From an uncultured Actinomycetes bacterium (GTDB lineage Bacteria > Actinomycetota > Thermoleophilia > Solirubrobacterales > 70-9), in contig CAWJJU010000002.1 in assembly GCA_963843315.1 (NCBI GenBank), forward strand, positions 166,872 through 230,871: 64,000 bases of DNA. The letters run 5' to 3'. The position numbers were made by a program, and so were the translations under genes. The notes beneath the pieces are model-generated. The model searched no databases and was not told the origin of the DNA. It saw only the letters and a list, made by a program, of their open reading frames with translations. This document shows, one piece after another, positions 37,970 to 49,712 of the stretch. Position 1 is the first letter of the stretch; every line of letters begins with the position of its first letter.

Positions 37970-39063
37970 CCGCCGAGCAGCTCGCGCAGGTCGGCGAGCG
38001 TGTTGTCCCAGCTCAGCCGCTCGCGAGCGGCGCGCGCTCCGCCGATCAGGTCGCGGCGCATACCGGGGTCGGCCAGGCGCTCGATCGCCGCCGTCAGCTC
38101 GCGCCCATCCGGATCCCACGCCGGGATCCCCGAGGGCGCCGGCTCGCGGAACTGCACCCCGCGCACAAGCAGGCCGTTCTCGCCGTCGCGGACGACCTCG
38201 TTCATGGGCGGGTTGTCGTTGGTGATCAGCGGCATCCCGAGCGCGGTCGCCTCGAAGAGGTGCAGCCCCAGGCCCTCCCAGCGGCTCGGCGCCAGGCAGA
38301 CGTCGGCCGCGGCGAACAGGCGCCGGTGCTCGGCCTCAGGGAGGTCGGCGAAGACCGGCTGGATGCGGGCGTCGCCCTTCGTCGCCTTCTGCACCATCCC
38401 CATGCGCTTCTCCACCTGACCCTTGAGCACTAGCCGGAGGTTCTCGCCGTGGGCGCGTGAGAACGCCTCCAGCGCGGGCTTCAGCGGCTTGCGCTTGGTC
38501 ATGTAGCCGCCGGGGAAGAAGAACGTCACCGGCGCGTCCTCCGGACGCGCATCGCGCTCGGCGTCGAGCGTGACCGCCTCCTCGACCAGCTCCGGGTGGA
38601 TGCCCCACCGCACGCGCGGGCTCTCTATCCCCATCTTCGCGTAGCGCTCGCGCTCGCAGGCCGTGACCGAATAGACCTCGTCGAAGGCCCGCTTGGCGCC
38701 CTCCACGTTCTCGGTGGCGAACTGCTCCCACACGAAGCGGCCGTAGGTGCGCACGCCGGATTCCCGAAGCCTCGCGATCTCGTCGAACTGGTAGTTCTGG
38801 TCGAACATGACGGCGTCGAGCTCGTGCTGGCGCGCCCAGCGCTCCATCTCCTCGTAGGGGATGAGGTAGTGCGAGGCGGCGGTGACACCGGGCTGGTCCC
38901 AGACGTCGTCGGTCTGCAGGTGTCCCGGCTTGGCGGCGGTGTCCTTGGCCGGTCGCGCCAGCACCCAGGTCTCGTGGCCGAGCGTCTCCAGCGCCGAACG
39001 CAGGTGCCTGCCCACCACCGCCTGGCCGCGGTTGAACCAGAAGCACGAGACGCCTACTCGCAT
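37966..39063 (-). CDS. GT4-family glycosyltransferase, paralogue 2
   Basis: MRVGVSCFWFNRGQAVVGRHLRSALETLGHETWVLARP....SRWEGLGLHLFEATALGMPLITNDNPPMNEVV...RLSWDNTLADLRELL. Very similar to 54319..55407. Confidence 0.8.
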   Translation of the reverse strand: MRVGVSCFWFNRGQAVVGRHLRSALETLGHETWVLARPAKDTAAKPGHLQTDDVWDQPGVTAASHYLIPYEEMERWARQHELDAVMFDQNYQFDEIARLRESGVRTYGRFVWEQFATENVEGAKRAFDEVYSVTACERERYAKMGIESPRVRWGIHPELVEEAVTLDAERDARPEDAPVTFFFPGGYMTKRKPLKPALEAFSRAHGENLRLVLKGQVEKRMGMVQKATKGDARIQPVFADLPEAEHRRLFAAADVCLAPSRWEGLGLHLFEATALGMPLITNDNPPMNEVVRDGENGLLVRGVQFREPAPSGIPAWDPDGRELTAAIERLADPGMRRDLIGGARAARERLSWDNTLADLRELLGG

Positions 39064-39070
39064 GGGCGGC

Positions 39071-39868
39071 TCAGGCCGGCGCGACGTCGGTGAAGTTGGG
39101 CCAGACCGAGAGGTCGAGCTCGGGCACCAGGCCCTTCAGCCGGGCCACGTCGTCGCGAAAGCGGCGCACCAGCTCGGCGTGGCGCTCGGGCGAGAGCTCC
39201 GGCTTGGTGCCCGGCGGCCGCTTGTGCTGGGCGAGCTTGTCGGGCATCTCCGTCAGCGGCTCGAGACCCAGGAACTCCTGGGTGCGGCGCATCTGGCCCA
39301 TCGCGTCGTTGCGACAGGCCTCGTGCTGGAGGATCAGGACGCGCTCGCGCGGATAGAGCTCGTAGATGCCCCTGACCTGCTCGTAGTAGAGGCCGCGGTA
39401 CACCGCCTCGGAGAGGTGGGACAGCGAAAAGGGCTCCCCCGCCTCGTCGGCGAGCATCCGCTCGCGCTGGATGCCCGACCGCAGGCGCTCGACTGGGTCG
39501 CGCAGCATCACCAGGATCTTGGCGTCGGGCGCCGCGTCGTGCAGCAGCTTCATCGCCCACCAGTCGACCATGTAGCGCGGGGTCCACTCGCCCGTGATCG
39601 CGCCCTCGGGCTTGGGGAAGAACGAGTGGTAGGTCTCCACGAGGTCGGGCGGCTCGGCGCCCTCCCAGAAGCGGTCGAAGTAGTGCAGCTCCTTGCCCGG
39701 CTTGGCGACGCGCACGACGTCCGGGTGCGAGCGGATCGTGCCGCGATACCACCACGACGTCCCGCAGCGCTGCGCGCCGACGCCCACGAAGTCGGGTGGG
39801 CCGGCGTTCCAGCCGGCGGGGGTCTCCGGGACCTCGATCCCCATGGTCCAGCGTTCCTGAGGGCTCAT
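39071..39868 (-). CDS. PAPS-dependent sulfotransferase family protein, ST2
   Basis: GVGAQRCGTSWW (5'-PSB) and VMLRDPVERLRSG (3'-PB). Lies 7 nt upstream of GT4 paralogue 2. Confidence 0.75.
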   Translation of the reverse strand: MSPQERWTMGIEVPETPAGWNAGPPDFVGVGAQRCGTSWWYRGTIRSHPDVVRVAKPGKELHYFDRFWEGAEPPDLVETYHSFFPKPEGAITGEWTPRYMVDWWAMKLLHDAAPDAKILVMLRDPVERLRSGIQRERMLADEAGEPFSLSHLSEAVYRGLYYEQVRGIYELYPRERVLILQHEACRNDAMGQMRRTQEFLGLEPLTEMPDKLAQHKRPPGTKPELSPERHAELVRRFRDDVARLKGLVPELDLSVWPNFTDVAPA

Positions 39869-39913
39869 CGTGCGCAGCAGCGTAGAAAGTCCGGCGCGCC
39901 CGCCGCGAAGCCG

Positions 39914-39930
39914 ATACCCCCACCCGGTAT
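39914..39930. promoter_or_regulatory. Candidate CsoR operator ATACCCCCACCCGGTAT
   Basis: A GC-tract-centred inverted repeat ATACC-N7-GGTAT ends 9 nt upstream of the csoR ATG. It resembles described CsoR operators (ATACC..GGTAT arms around a C/G tract). Confidence 0.55.
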
Positions 39931-39939
39931 GCTCTCAAC

Positions 39940-40242
39940 ATGGCAGATGCACCTCGTCCGCCGGGCTACGTCGCCGACAAGGAGGCTGTGCTGCGCCGGC
40001 TCTCGCGAGTCGAGGGACAGGTGCGCGGGATCCGGGGAATGGTCGACGACGAGGCCTACTGCATCGACGTCCTCACCCAGATCGCCGCCGCGACCAAGGC
40101 GCTGGACGGGGTCGCGCTGACCCTGCTGGCCGACCACACGAATCACTGTGTCCGCGACGCGGTCGCCGAGGGTGGCGACGCGGCCGACGAGAAGGTCGGC
40201 GAGCTGATCGCCGCGGTCGAGCGCTTCGCGCGGACGCGCTAG
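39940..40242 (+). CDS. csoR: CsoR/RcnR-family metal-sensing transcriptional repressor (Cu-type C-H-C fingerprint)
   Basis: RLSRVEGQVRGIRGMV, YCIDVLTQ and ..DHTNHC.. are the DUF156 hallmark motifs. Confidence 0.85.
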   Translation: MADAPRPPGYVADKEAVLRRLSRVEGQVRGIRGMVDDEAYCIDVLTQIAAATKALDGVALTLLADHTNHCVRDAVAEGGDAADEKVGELIAAVERFARTR

Positions 40243-41738
40243 CCCGGGGGCCCGGGGATCGCCGGCAGCGGGCGGCGGCAGGAGTCGCCGCTGCACTTGG
40301 CGAGCTGCACGAGGAGCGGGCGCAGGGCGTCGAGCGTGGCGGAGTACGTGGGATCGTGCGCGACGTTGTGGAGCTCGCCAGGGTCTCGCTGGAGGTCGAA
40401 GAGCTCCTGGGCACCGTTCAGGTAGTGCGTGTAGACGTAGCGCGGCGTACGGATCGAGTGGTAGCCGAGCCCCTCGACCGCGGCGCCCTCGTAGAGGATC
40501 GGCCGCCTGCTCCACGCGGAGGGGTCGTTCGCCTGCGCGACCAGCGACACGCCGTCGGTGCCTCGGCGCCAGGGGGCGCGGGCCAGGCTGAGGATGGTCG
40601 GCATCAGGTCCATGTTCCCCACGAGCTGGTCGCGCACGACGCCGGCCGGGAAGCCTGGGCCCCGGATCACGAGCGGGACCTTCACCGACTCCTCGTACGG
40701 GCGCTCCTTGCCCGCGGCCCGGTGCTCGCCGAGGAGGAAACCGTTGTCCGAGGTGAAGACGAAGACGGTGTTGTGCAGCTCGCCGGTGCTGCGCAGCGTG
40801 TCGACGAGGCTCCCCACGCCGCGGTCCACGGCCAGCAGGCTGGCCAGCCGGTCGCGGTATGCGGACGCGATCGCGGCTACAGGCCGGTCGGCGTGCTGCG
40901 GTGCCCGGAGCCGCTGAGGCTCCCCTGTGATCGGCGCCTCGAAGGACGGGGGACGAGGAAGCGGCCGATGCTCGAAGGCAGACTCATCCTGTGGCGCCGG
41001 CTGGGGGTTGCGCTGCCCCGGGACGACGGGAGCGTTGTGGGGGGCGGTTGGCGCGTAGGTGAGGAAGAACGGCTTGGGCCCTCCCGCGCTCTGCCGGATG
41101 AAGCCGGCGGCGAGGTTCGCGAGCGCGGTCGTCTGGTAGTCGGCGGGTCCCGCGGGCGGCTGGACCATCGTCCCGTTCTCATTGGCGCTCCAGCCGTACA
41201 TCAGGTACTCGGTGGGGCCGAACAGCCCGTCGAAGACATCCCACCCCCGCGGCATGTCCGTCGCCGGGTCCTCGGGCGCGTATTCGTTCAGGAACTTCCC
41301 CACGTATCCCGTTCGGTAGCCGGCGCTCTGCATCTCCGCGCCGATCGTGCGCCTCTGGTCGACGTGTGCGATGTACCCGACGTAGCCGCCATCCGGCGCA
41401 TCATTCGTGAGGATCCCGTGGTTGTGCGCGTACTCGCCGGTCATGAACGTGGTGCGGGAGGGGCAGCAGAGCGGGTAGGTGGCGAAGTTGTTCGCGAACG
41501 TGGTGCCGTGCCTGGCCAACTCGCGCCGGACCGCGGGCATGACGCTAAGGTCATCCGCTCGCTGGTCGTCGGTCATGACCACGACGACGTTCGGTTGACG
41601 CGCCGGCAGATGCGCCGTCAGGCTGGGGAACACCAACGGCCGGCCCGCGGGGGGGCCCTTCGCGTTGTCGGCGGAGCCGCACCCCGAGGCCATGGCCGGC
41701 ACAACGAGGAGCAACGGGATTAGGGCACGTCGGAACAT
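40239..41738 (-). CDS. Formylglycine-dependent sulfatase (arylsulfatase family), lipoprotein
   Basis: The ATG at 41738 gives MFRRALIPLLLVVPAMASGC (lipobox). Also NVVVVMTDDQRADD and LCCPSRTTFMTGEY (CxPxR FGly motif). Confidence 0.85.
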   Translation of the reverse strand: MFRRALIPLLLVVPAMASGCGSADNAKGPPAGRPLVFPSLTAHLPARQPNVVVVMTDDQRADDLSVMPAVRRELARHGTTFANNFATYPLCCPSRTTFMTGEYAHNHGILTNDAPDGGYVGYIAHVDQRRTIGAEMQSAGYRTGYVGKFLNEYAPEDPATDMPRGWDVFDGLFGPTEYLMYGWSANENGTMVQPPAGPADYQTTALANLAAGFIRQSAGGPKPFFLTYAPTAPHNAPVVPGQRNPQPAPQDESAFEHRPLPRPPSFEAPITGEPQRLRAPQHADRPVAAIASAYRDRLASLLAVDRGVGSLVDTLRSTGELHNTVFVFTSDNGFLLGEHRAAGKERPYEESVKVPLVIRGPGFPAGVVRDQLVGNMDLMPTILSLARAPWRRGTDGVSLVAQANDPSAWSRRPILYEGAAVEGLGYHSIRTPRYVYTHYLNGAQELFDLQRDPGELHNVAHDPTYSATLDALRPLLVQLAKCSGDSCRRPLPAIPGPPG

Positions 41739-43551
41739 CAAGCTTGGGCCACGCAAGAGAGCCGTTTGCCCTTTATGCGCGGTTGTCGCCGCCCTCGCTC
41801 TCACGGGATGCGGAGCGGGCGGGAGCGGATCGGCGGAATCGTCGCAGACCCCGCGGCCGCTCGGCTGCGCCAAGACGTACGGCATCCACCTCGGGAATCC
41901 CGACGAGGCTGAGCTGCGCGCCGCCCTGCACCACGAGTTCCGCGTGTTCAACCGCCGCGAACGGCTGGTCGTGCCGGTGAACTGGATGCAGGACCCCGAG
42001 CACAGCCATCGCTACCGCCAGAACCTCCAGAAGCTGCGGTTCCTGCGTCCGCTCCTCGACTCATACGAGGAGACCAGGGACATGCGGGCGTTGCGCGAGG
42101 CGCTGGGGCTGGGAATCGACTGGGTGCGCCAGAACCCGCGCGGAGGCCACGGGACTTCGCCCGACGCCTGGGAGGGGAAGGCGATCGGCGATCGTGTGCC
42201 GTTCCTCGGCGTTCTCGACTCCGCTGCTCACTGCGAGCACCTGCGGCGGCCGGCGCGGATCCTCGACGCGGCCCTCGTCGCGCACGGCAAGGCCCTTGCC
42301 GATCCGGCTGTCTACACGCCCAACAATCACGGCCTCTTCACCGACATCGGCCTCTATCTGGTCACCCGCTACGCCCCCGTGCTCCCGCAGGATCGATGGT
42401 GGCAGCGGCTCGCCACGACGCGATACGCGCAGACCCTCCAGGACCGCCTCTCACACGGCGTGTGGCTGGAGCACTCCTCCGCCTACCAGTTCCTGGTCGA
42501 GACCTCACTGGCGGGCTTCATCGAAGACGTCGGGCACAACCCGAGGCTGGAGCGGATCGACCGTCAAATGCGCCGCGCCGGCGGATGGTTCCTGGAACCC
42601 GACGGACGGATCTCGCTGCTGGGCGACTCCGACGAGAAGGACACCTCCGGATGGGCACACCGCCGGGCGGAGCGGACCTTCGGGCTGAAGCTCTTCCGCG
42701 GGGCTGGCTTCGCGTTCGTCCGCGCTCACGAGGACGGCGGCGGGACCGGCTACCTGACGGTCACCGACGGCTTCCACAACCTCACGCACAAGCACGCCGA
42801 CGAGCTCTCATTCGAGCTCTACGACCACGACCAGCGGCTGGTCGCCGACACCGGGCTCTACGACAAGGACCCGGGGCCCATCCGCGACTTCGACCTCTCG
42901 ACCCAGGCGCACTCGACGATCTCCGTCGACGGACGCAGCTACCCCATCGCCGATCCGAACGCGGTCTACGGCTCGGGACTGGAAGCGGCCGGCTCGACGG
43001 GGACCCTCTTCGCGATCGAGGGCCGCAACCGCATGCTCTCCCAGGAGGGCGTGAAGCAGCAGCGGCTGTTCCTCTACGAGCCCGGCGCCGGGCTGCAGGT
43101 GATCGACTGGCTCAGCTCACCGGCCGCTCACACCTACGACTCCTATCTCCAGCTCGGACCGAACGTCCAGGTGAGCCGCGACGGGCCGGGAGCCCTCTCC
43201 CTTTCCGCGGGCGTGCCCGAGGAAGGCGGCCTTCAGGGAGCCCTGTACGAGTGGGGAACCCCTCATCCCGCGACGAGCACGGTGCGGGGCAGCCGCCACC
43301 CGCTCGCCGGCTTCACGTCGCCTCAGTTCCGGGTGCTCATTCCCCGGACCACGGTTGACATGCGCACCCAGGGCACCGACGAAGTGCAGGCGTACTCGAT
43401 CGCGATGGACCCGACGGGCATTCACGTGGGGCGCGTAAGCGGCTCTCCCCGGCGAACCGATGTGCAGCTGGTCGATCGCACCGGCGAGCCCCAGGAAACG
43501 CTGCGGGTGACCCGCCGCGGCCACACGCTCACCATCCACCGCATCCCATGA
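41692..43551 (+). CDS. Heparinase II/III-like polysaccharide lyase family protein, lipoprotein; start uncertain
   Basis: Contains ..VVAALALTGCGAGG (lipobox) and ..NLTHKHADELSFELYDHDQRLVADTGLYDKD.. (Hepar_II_III signature region). A start at the ATG at 41692 overlaps the sulfatase 5' end. Alternatively, the ATG at 41777 could be the start if a +1 frame error is present. Confidence 0.65.
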   Translation: MAGTTRSNGIRARRNIKLGPRKRAVCPLCAVVAALALTGCGAGGSGSAESSQTPRPLGCAKTYGIHLGNPDEAELRAALHHEFRVFNRRERLVVPVNWMQDPEHSHRYRQNLQKLRFLRPLLDSYEETRDMRALREALGLGIDWVRQNPRGGHGTSPDAWEGKAIGDRVPFLGVLDSAAHCEHLRRPARILDAALVAHGKALADPAVYTPNNHGLFTDIGLYLVTRYAPVLPQDRWWQRLATTRYAQTLQDRLSHGVWLEHSSAYQFLVETSLAGFIEDVGHNPRLERIDRQMRRAGGWFLEPDGRISLLGDSDEKDTSGWAHRRAERTFGLKLFRGAGFAFVRAHEDGGGTGYLTVTDGFHNLTHKHADELSFELYDHDQRLVADTGLYDKDPGPIRDFDLSTQAHSTISVDGRSYPIADPNAVYGSGLEAAGSTGTLFAIEGRNRMLSQEGVKQQRLFLYEPGAGLQVIDWLSSPAAHTYDSYLQLGPNVQVSRDGPGALSLSAGVPEEGGLQGALYEWGTPHPATSTVRGSRHPLAGFTSPQFRVLIPRTTVDMRTQGTDEVQAYSIAMDPTGIHVGRVSGSPRRTDVQLVDRTGEPQETLRVTRRGHTLTIHRIP

Positions 43552-43595
43552 ACGTCCCTCACTGCCCTGTATAGGCATCAAGGAGGGACGTTCAT
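43548..43595 (+). repeat. 48-nt conserved stem-loop element, copy 2
   Basis: The sequence is ATGAACGTCCCTCACTGCCCTGTATAGGCATCAAGGAGGGACGTTCAT. It has the same length and orientation as 12821-12868, overlaps the heparinase-like stop codon, and ends 1 nt before the purB stop. Confidence 0.9.
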
Positions 43596-43596
43596 C

Positions 43597-44907
43597 TCAG
43601 GGGGCGAGGGCTTTCAGGCGCTCCATCACCTCGGGCACGTGGCTCAGGTAGTCGGTCCACTCCATCGCCGTGACCCTCTCGGCGACGCCCTCGGGCGCGT
43701 CGGGGCTCTCCCGAATGCTCGCGGCGAGCAGCTCCTTGAACGGCCGGCGCTCCTCCAGCGCCCGGTGGGCGGCGGCCTGGACCACCCGGTAGGCGTCGTC
43801 GCGGGGCATGCCCGCCTCGACGAGGGCGGTGAGCGCGCGCTGGCTGAAGAGCGCGCCGTGGGTCATGTCGAGGTTCTCGCGCATCCGGTGCGGGTCGATC
43901 GTCATGTCGGCGGCGATCCGCGCGGCGAGGTGCTGCATGTAGTCGAGGCCGATGGTCGCGTCGGGCAGGATCACCCGCTCGGCGCCGGAGTGGGAGATGT
44001 CGCGCTCGTGCCAGAGGGCGACGTTCTCGAGGCCGGCCTGGCCGTAGCCCCGCAGCACGCGGGCGAGCCCGGTGATGCGCTCGGCGAGGATCGGGTTGCG
44101 CTTGTGGGGCATCGCCGAGGAGCCCTTCTGGCCCGAGCCGAACGGCTCGCGCACCTCGCCGACCTCCGTGCGCTGAAGGTTGCGGATCTCCGTCGCGAAG
44201 CGCTCGAGGCCGGCGCCGGCCAGCGCGATTGCGCTCAGCACGGCCGCGTGGCGGTCGCGCGGGACGACCTGGGTCGAGACGTCGTCGGCGCGCAGCCCGA
44301 GCGTCTCCATCACCCGCCGCTCGATCGAGGGTGGCACCGTCGCGTAGGTGCCGACGGCGCCGGAGAGCTTGCCGACCGCCGCGGCATGGAAAGCGTCCGT
44401 GAGCCGCGTGAGGTTGCGGTCGGCCTCGAACGCGAAGCCGGCGAGGCGCAGGCCGAACGTGGTGGGCTCGGCATGGATGCCGTGCGTACGCCCGACGCAG
44501 AGCGTGTCGGCCTGCTCGACCGCGCGGGCGACCAGCGCGTCGCGGTACGCGCGGGCGCCGGCGACCACGATCTCCCCGGCGGCGCGCAGCTGCAACGCGA
44601 GCGCGGTGTCGAGCACATCCGAGGACGTCAGCCCGTAGTGGATCCATCGCCCCTCCTCCCCGCCGATCGAGGCCGAGACCACGTCGACGAACGCGGCGAC
44701 GTCGTGGCCCGTCGTGCGCTCGCGCTCGGCGACCTCCTCGATCGAGAATTTGGCGCGCTCGCGGCACGCCGTCGCCGCAATCTCGGGCACCACGCCCTCC
44801 GCCGCCCACGCGTCGGTCGCGGCGAGCTCCACCTCGAGCCATCCGGACATGCGCTGCTCGTCGGTCCAAACGGAACCGATCTCCGCGCGTGTGTAGCGAC
44901 GGATCAA
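43597..44907 (-). CDS. purB: Adenylosuccinate lyase
   Basis: Contains ..HYGLTSSDVLDT..GRTHGIHAEPTTFG..GSSAMPHKRNP. Confidence 0.93.
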   Translation of the reverse strand: MIRRYTRAEIGSVWTDEQRMSGWLEVELAATDAWAAEGVVPEIAATACRERAKFSIEEVAERERTTGHDVAAFVDVVSASIGGEEGRWIHYGLTSSDVLDTALALQLRAAGEIVVAGARAYRDALVARAVEQADTLCVGRTHGIHAEPTTFGLRLAGFAFEADRNLTRLTDAFHAAAVGKLSGAVGTYATVPPSIERRVMETLGLRADDVSTQVVPRDRHAAVLSAIALAGAGLERFATEIRNLQRTEVGEVREPFGSGQKGSSAMPHKRNPILAERITGLARVLRGYGQAGLENVALWHERDISHSGAERVILPDATIGLDYMQHLAARIAADMTIDPHRMRENLDMTHGALFSQRALTALVEAGMPRDDAYRVVQAAAHRALEERRPFKELLAASIRESPDAPEGVAERVTAMEWTDYLSHVPEVMERLKALAP

Positions 44908-44914
44908 GCGATCT

Positions 44915-45427
44915 CTAACTGTTGATGATCCGGGTGGCCAGCACGCCGGCGTTCTTGGCGCCGTCGATCGCCACGCAGGCGACAGGGATTCCGGGAGGCA
45001 TCTGCACGGCGGAGAGCAGCGCGTCCAGGCCGCCGAGGCTCTTGCCGAGGATCGGCACGCCGATGACGGGCAGGTCGGTATGCGCGGCGGCGACGCCCGG
45101 AAGGGCCGCCGACATCCCGGCGCCGGCGATGAGCACCCGCAGTCCGCGCATGCGCGCGTTGTGGCAGTACTCGCGGACCTTCTCGGGGTCGCGGTGAGCG
45201 CTCATGACGCGGACCTCGTAGCGGATGCCCGCGTCCTGGAGAGCCTGCCCGGCGGGCTGCATCTTGGGCTTGTCGTTCTTCGAGCCCATGATGATCCCGA
45301 CCAGCGGGGCGTCGACCTCGATCTCCTCGAAGGCCGCCTCGACCTCCGGCATCGGGATGGGGGCGGTGGCGGTGGTGGGCTGGGCCTCACCAGATCCCGG
45401 CGCCGGCATCTGTCCCTCTTGCTCCAT
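44915..45427 (-). CDS. purE: N5-CAIR mutase, with a ~40-aa N-terminal extension if the start is at 45427
   Basis: Contains ..VGIIMGSKNDKPKM..VRVMSAHRDP..IAGAGMSAALPGVAAAHT..PVIGVP. Confidence 0.9.
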   Translation of the reverse strand: MEQEGQMPAPGSGEAQPTTATAPIPMPEVEAAFEEIEVDAPLVGIIMGSKNDKPKMQPAGQALQDAGIRYEVRVMSAHRDPEKVREYCHNARMRGLRVLIAGAGMSAALPGVAAAHTDLPVIGVPILGKSLGGLDALLSAVQMPPGIPVACVAIDGAKNAGVLATRIINS

Positions 45428-45447
45428 TTGCGCTCAGTTCCTCTCGA

Positions 45448-46734
45448 TCAGTTGGCCGGGGCGCCCTGGGTCTCGACGGCGCGCGCCCCGATGTCGCGCC
45501 GCATCTGCTTGCCCTCGAATTCGATCATGCCCGCGGCCTGGTATGCGCACTCGCGCGCCTCGGCGGGCGTCGCGCCGATGCCAGTGACGTTCAAGACCCG
45601 CCCGCCGGCGGTCACGACCTCGTCGCCGCTGCGGGCCGTGCCCGCGTGGGTCACCTCGACGCCGTCCACGGCCGCGGCCTCCTCCAGTCCGGAGATCACG
45701 TCTCCCTTCGAGCTCGACTCCGGATAGCCGGCCGAGGCCAGCACCACGGTCACGGTCCAATCCTCGGCGAACTCGGCCCGAGCGCCCGCCAGGCCGCCGG
45801 GCACGCGGGCAGCCTCGAAGAGGCCGGCCAGGTCGCTGCGAAGGCGCGGCAGCACGGCCTGCGTCTCCGGATCGCCGAAGCGACAGTTGAACTCCAGCAC
45901 CTTCGGCCCCGACTCGGTGAGCATCAGCCCGGCGTAGAGCACGCCGTGGAAGGGCGTGCCGCGGCGGCGCATGAGCTCGACGATCGGACGGTGCACCTCG
46001 TCGGCGAGGCGCTCCACCAACTCGGGTGCGATCGCCGGCACCGGCGAGTAGCTGCCCATCCCGCCGGTGTTCGGGCCGGTGTCGCCCTCGCCGATCCGCT
46101 TGTAGTCCTGGGCCGGCGCCAGGCAGAGCACGTTCTCCCCGTCGCACAGCGCCAGCAGCGATAGCTCCTCACCCTCCAGGAACTCCTCCAGCACCACCTC
46201 GGTCTCGCCGAAGCGCTGCTCCACGAAGAAGGCCTCGATCGCCGCGCGAGCCGCGTCCTCGGACCCGCAGATCACCACGCCCTTGCCCGCTGCCAGGCCG
46301 TCGGCCTTCAGCACCAGCGGGTACGGAGCGCCCGCCACGGCCTCCAGGGCCTCGTCGTGCTCCCGCAGGATCTGGTGGCCCGCCGTGGCCACCCCGGCTT
46401 CGGCCATCAGCTCCTTGGCGTGAGCCTTCGAGCCCTCGATACGTGCCGCCGCCCCGCTGGGCCCGAACGCGGCCACGCCCGCTGCCTCGAGCGCGTCCAC
46501 CAGGCCCGCGACCAGCGGTGCTTCGGGACCGACGACGACCAGGTCGACCCCCTCCGCCACCGCCGCCTCCACCAGTCCGCCGACGTCGTCGGCGACGATG
46601 TCCAGACAGCGCGCGTCGGCGGCGATGCCCGCGTTCCCGGGCGCCGCCAGCAGTTCCGGCTCGCGAGGGGACCGCGCCAGGGCGCGGACGATCGCGTGCT
46701 CGCGCCCGCCCGCGCCAACGACGAGGATCCGCAA
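45448..46734 (-). CDS. purD: Phosphoribosylamine-glycine ligase
   Basis: [53 protein letters not shown]. Confidence 0.93.
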   Translation of the reverse strand: MRILVVGAGGREHAIVRALARSPREPELLAAPGNAGIAADARCLDIVADDVGGLVEAAVAEGVDLVVVGPEAPLVAGLVDALEAAGVAAFGPSGAAARIEGSKAHAKELMAEAGVATAGHQILREHDEALEAVAGAPYPLVLKADGLAAGKGVVICGSEDAARAAIEAFFVEQRFGETEVVLEEFLEGEELSLLALCDGENVLCLAPAQDYKRIGEGDTGPNTGGMGSYSPVPAIAPELVERLADEVHRPIVELMRRRGTPFHGVLYAGLMLTESGPKVLEFNCRFGDPETQAVLPRLRSDLAGLFEAARVPGGLAGARAEFAEDWTVTVVLASAGYPESSSKGDVISGLEEAAAVDGVEVTHAGTARSGDEVVTAGGRVLNVTGIGATPAEARECAYQAAGMIEFEGKQMRRDIGARAVETQGAPAN

Positions 46735-46735
46735 A

Positions 46736-47017
46736 CTAGAGGCCCTCGGTGAACGCCTTGGCGTCGATCGCTGTGAGGGTCTGGTTGCTGGTGGTCCCGC
46801 GCGAGCCGAGCTCGACGGAGAGCTTCGCCATCGTGGCCTCGTCGGGGGCCTCGACGACGCTCACGAAGTCGTACTGCCCGAGCGTGGCCCACTGGTTGAG
46901 GACCTTGACGCCGAGCTGCTCGACCTCGTTGTTGACCTCGTGGACGCGCGCCGGGTTGTTCTTGATGGTCTTCACCCCGTCCGCGGTGAGATTGGTGAGC
47001 ATGATGTAGGTGGGCAC
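46736..47017 (-). CDS. GYD-domain protein
   Basis: 93 aa: [39 protein letters not shown]. Lies 1 nt upstream of purD. Confidence 0.7.
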   Translation of the reverse strand: MPTYIMLTNLTADGVKTIKNNPARVHEVNNEVEQLGVKVLNQWATLGQYDFVSVVEAPDEATMAKLSVELGSRGTTSNQTLTAIDAKAFTEGL

Positions 47018-47067
47018 TTCTCCTCCTGTTTCGGTCGCCTGCGTCTGAGCCTATCTACCCTCGAATG

Positions 47068-47087
47068 AGCCGGGCGATCGCCCGGCT
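47068..47087 (-). terminator. 20-bp perfect palindrome AGCCGGGCGATCGCCCGGCT downstream of clpB
   Basis: GC-rich hairpin 17 nt after the clpB stop. It has no U tract, which is common in high-GC actinobacteria. Confidence 0.4.
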
Positions 47088-47103
47088 GCCCGCCGAGCGC
47101 GGT

Positions 47104-49650
<2,547 letters not shown>

Positions 49651-49658
49651 TGAGCTTC

Positions 49659-49687
49659 AGTCTACGGACCATGAGTCAGCATGTCAA
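49659..49687 (-). promoter_or_regulatory. Sigma-70-type promoter TTGACA-N17-TAGACT for clpB; the transcript is probably leaderless or nearly so
   Basis: On the minus strand, TTGACA (49687-49682), a 17-nt spacer and TAGACT (49664-49659). Only 8 nt and no Shine-Dalgarno sequence lie between the -10 element and the ATG at 49650. Confidence 0.6.
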
Positions 49688-49712
49688 GAAAATCTAAGTG
49701 ACTTCCTATCAA

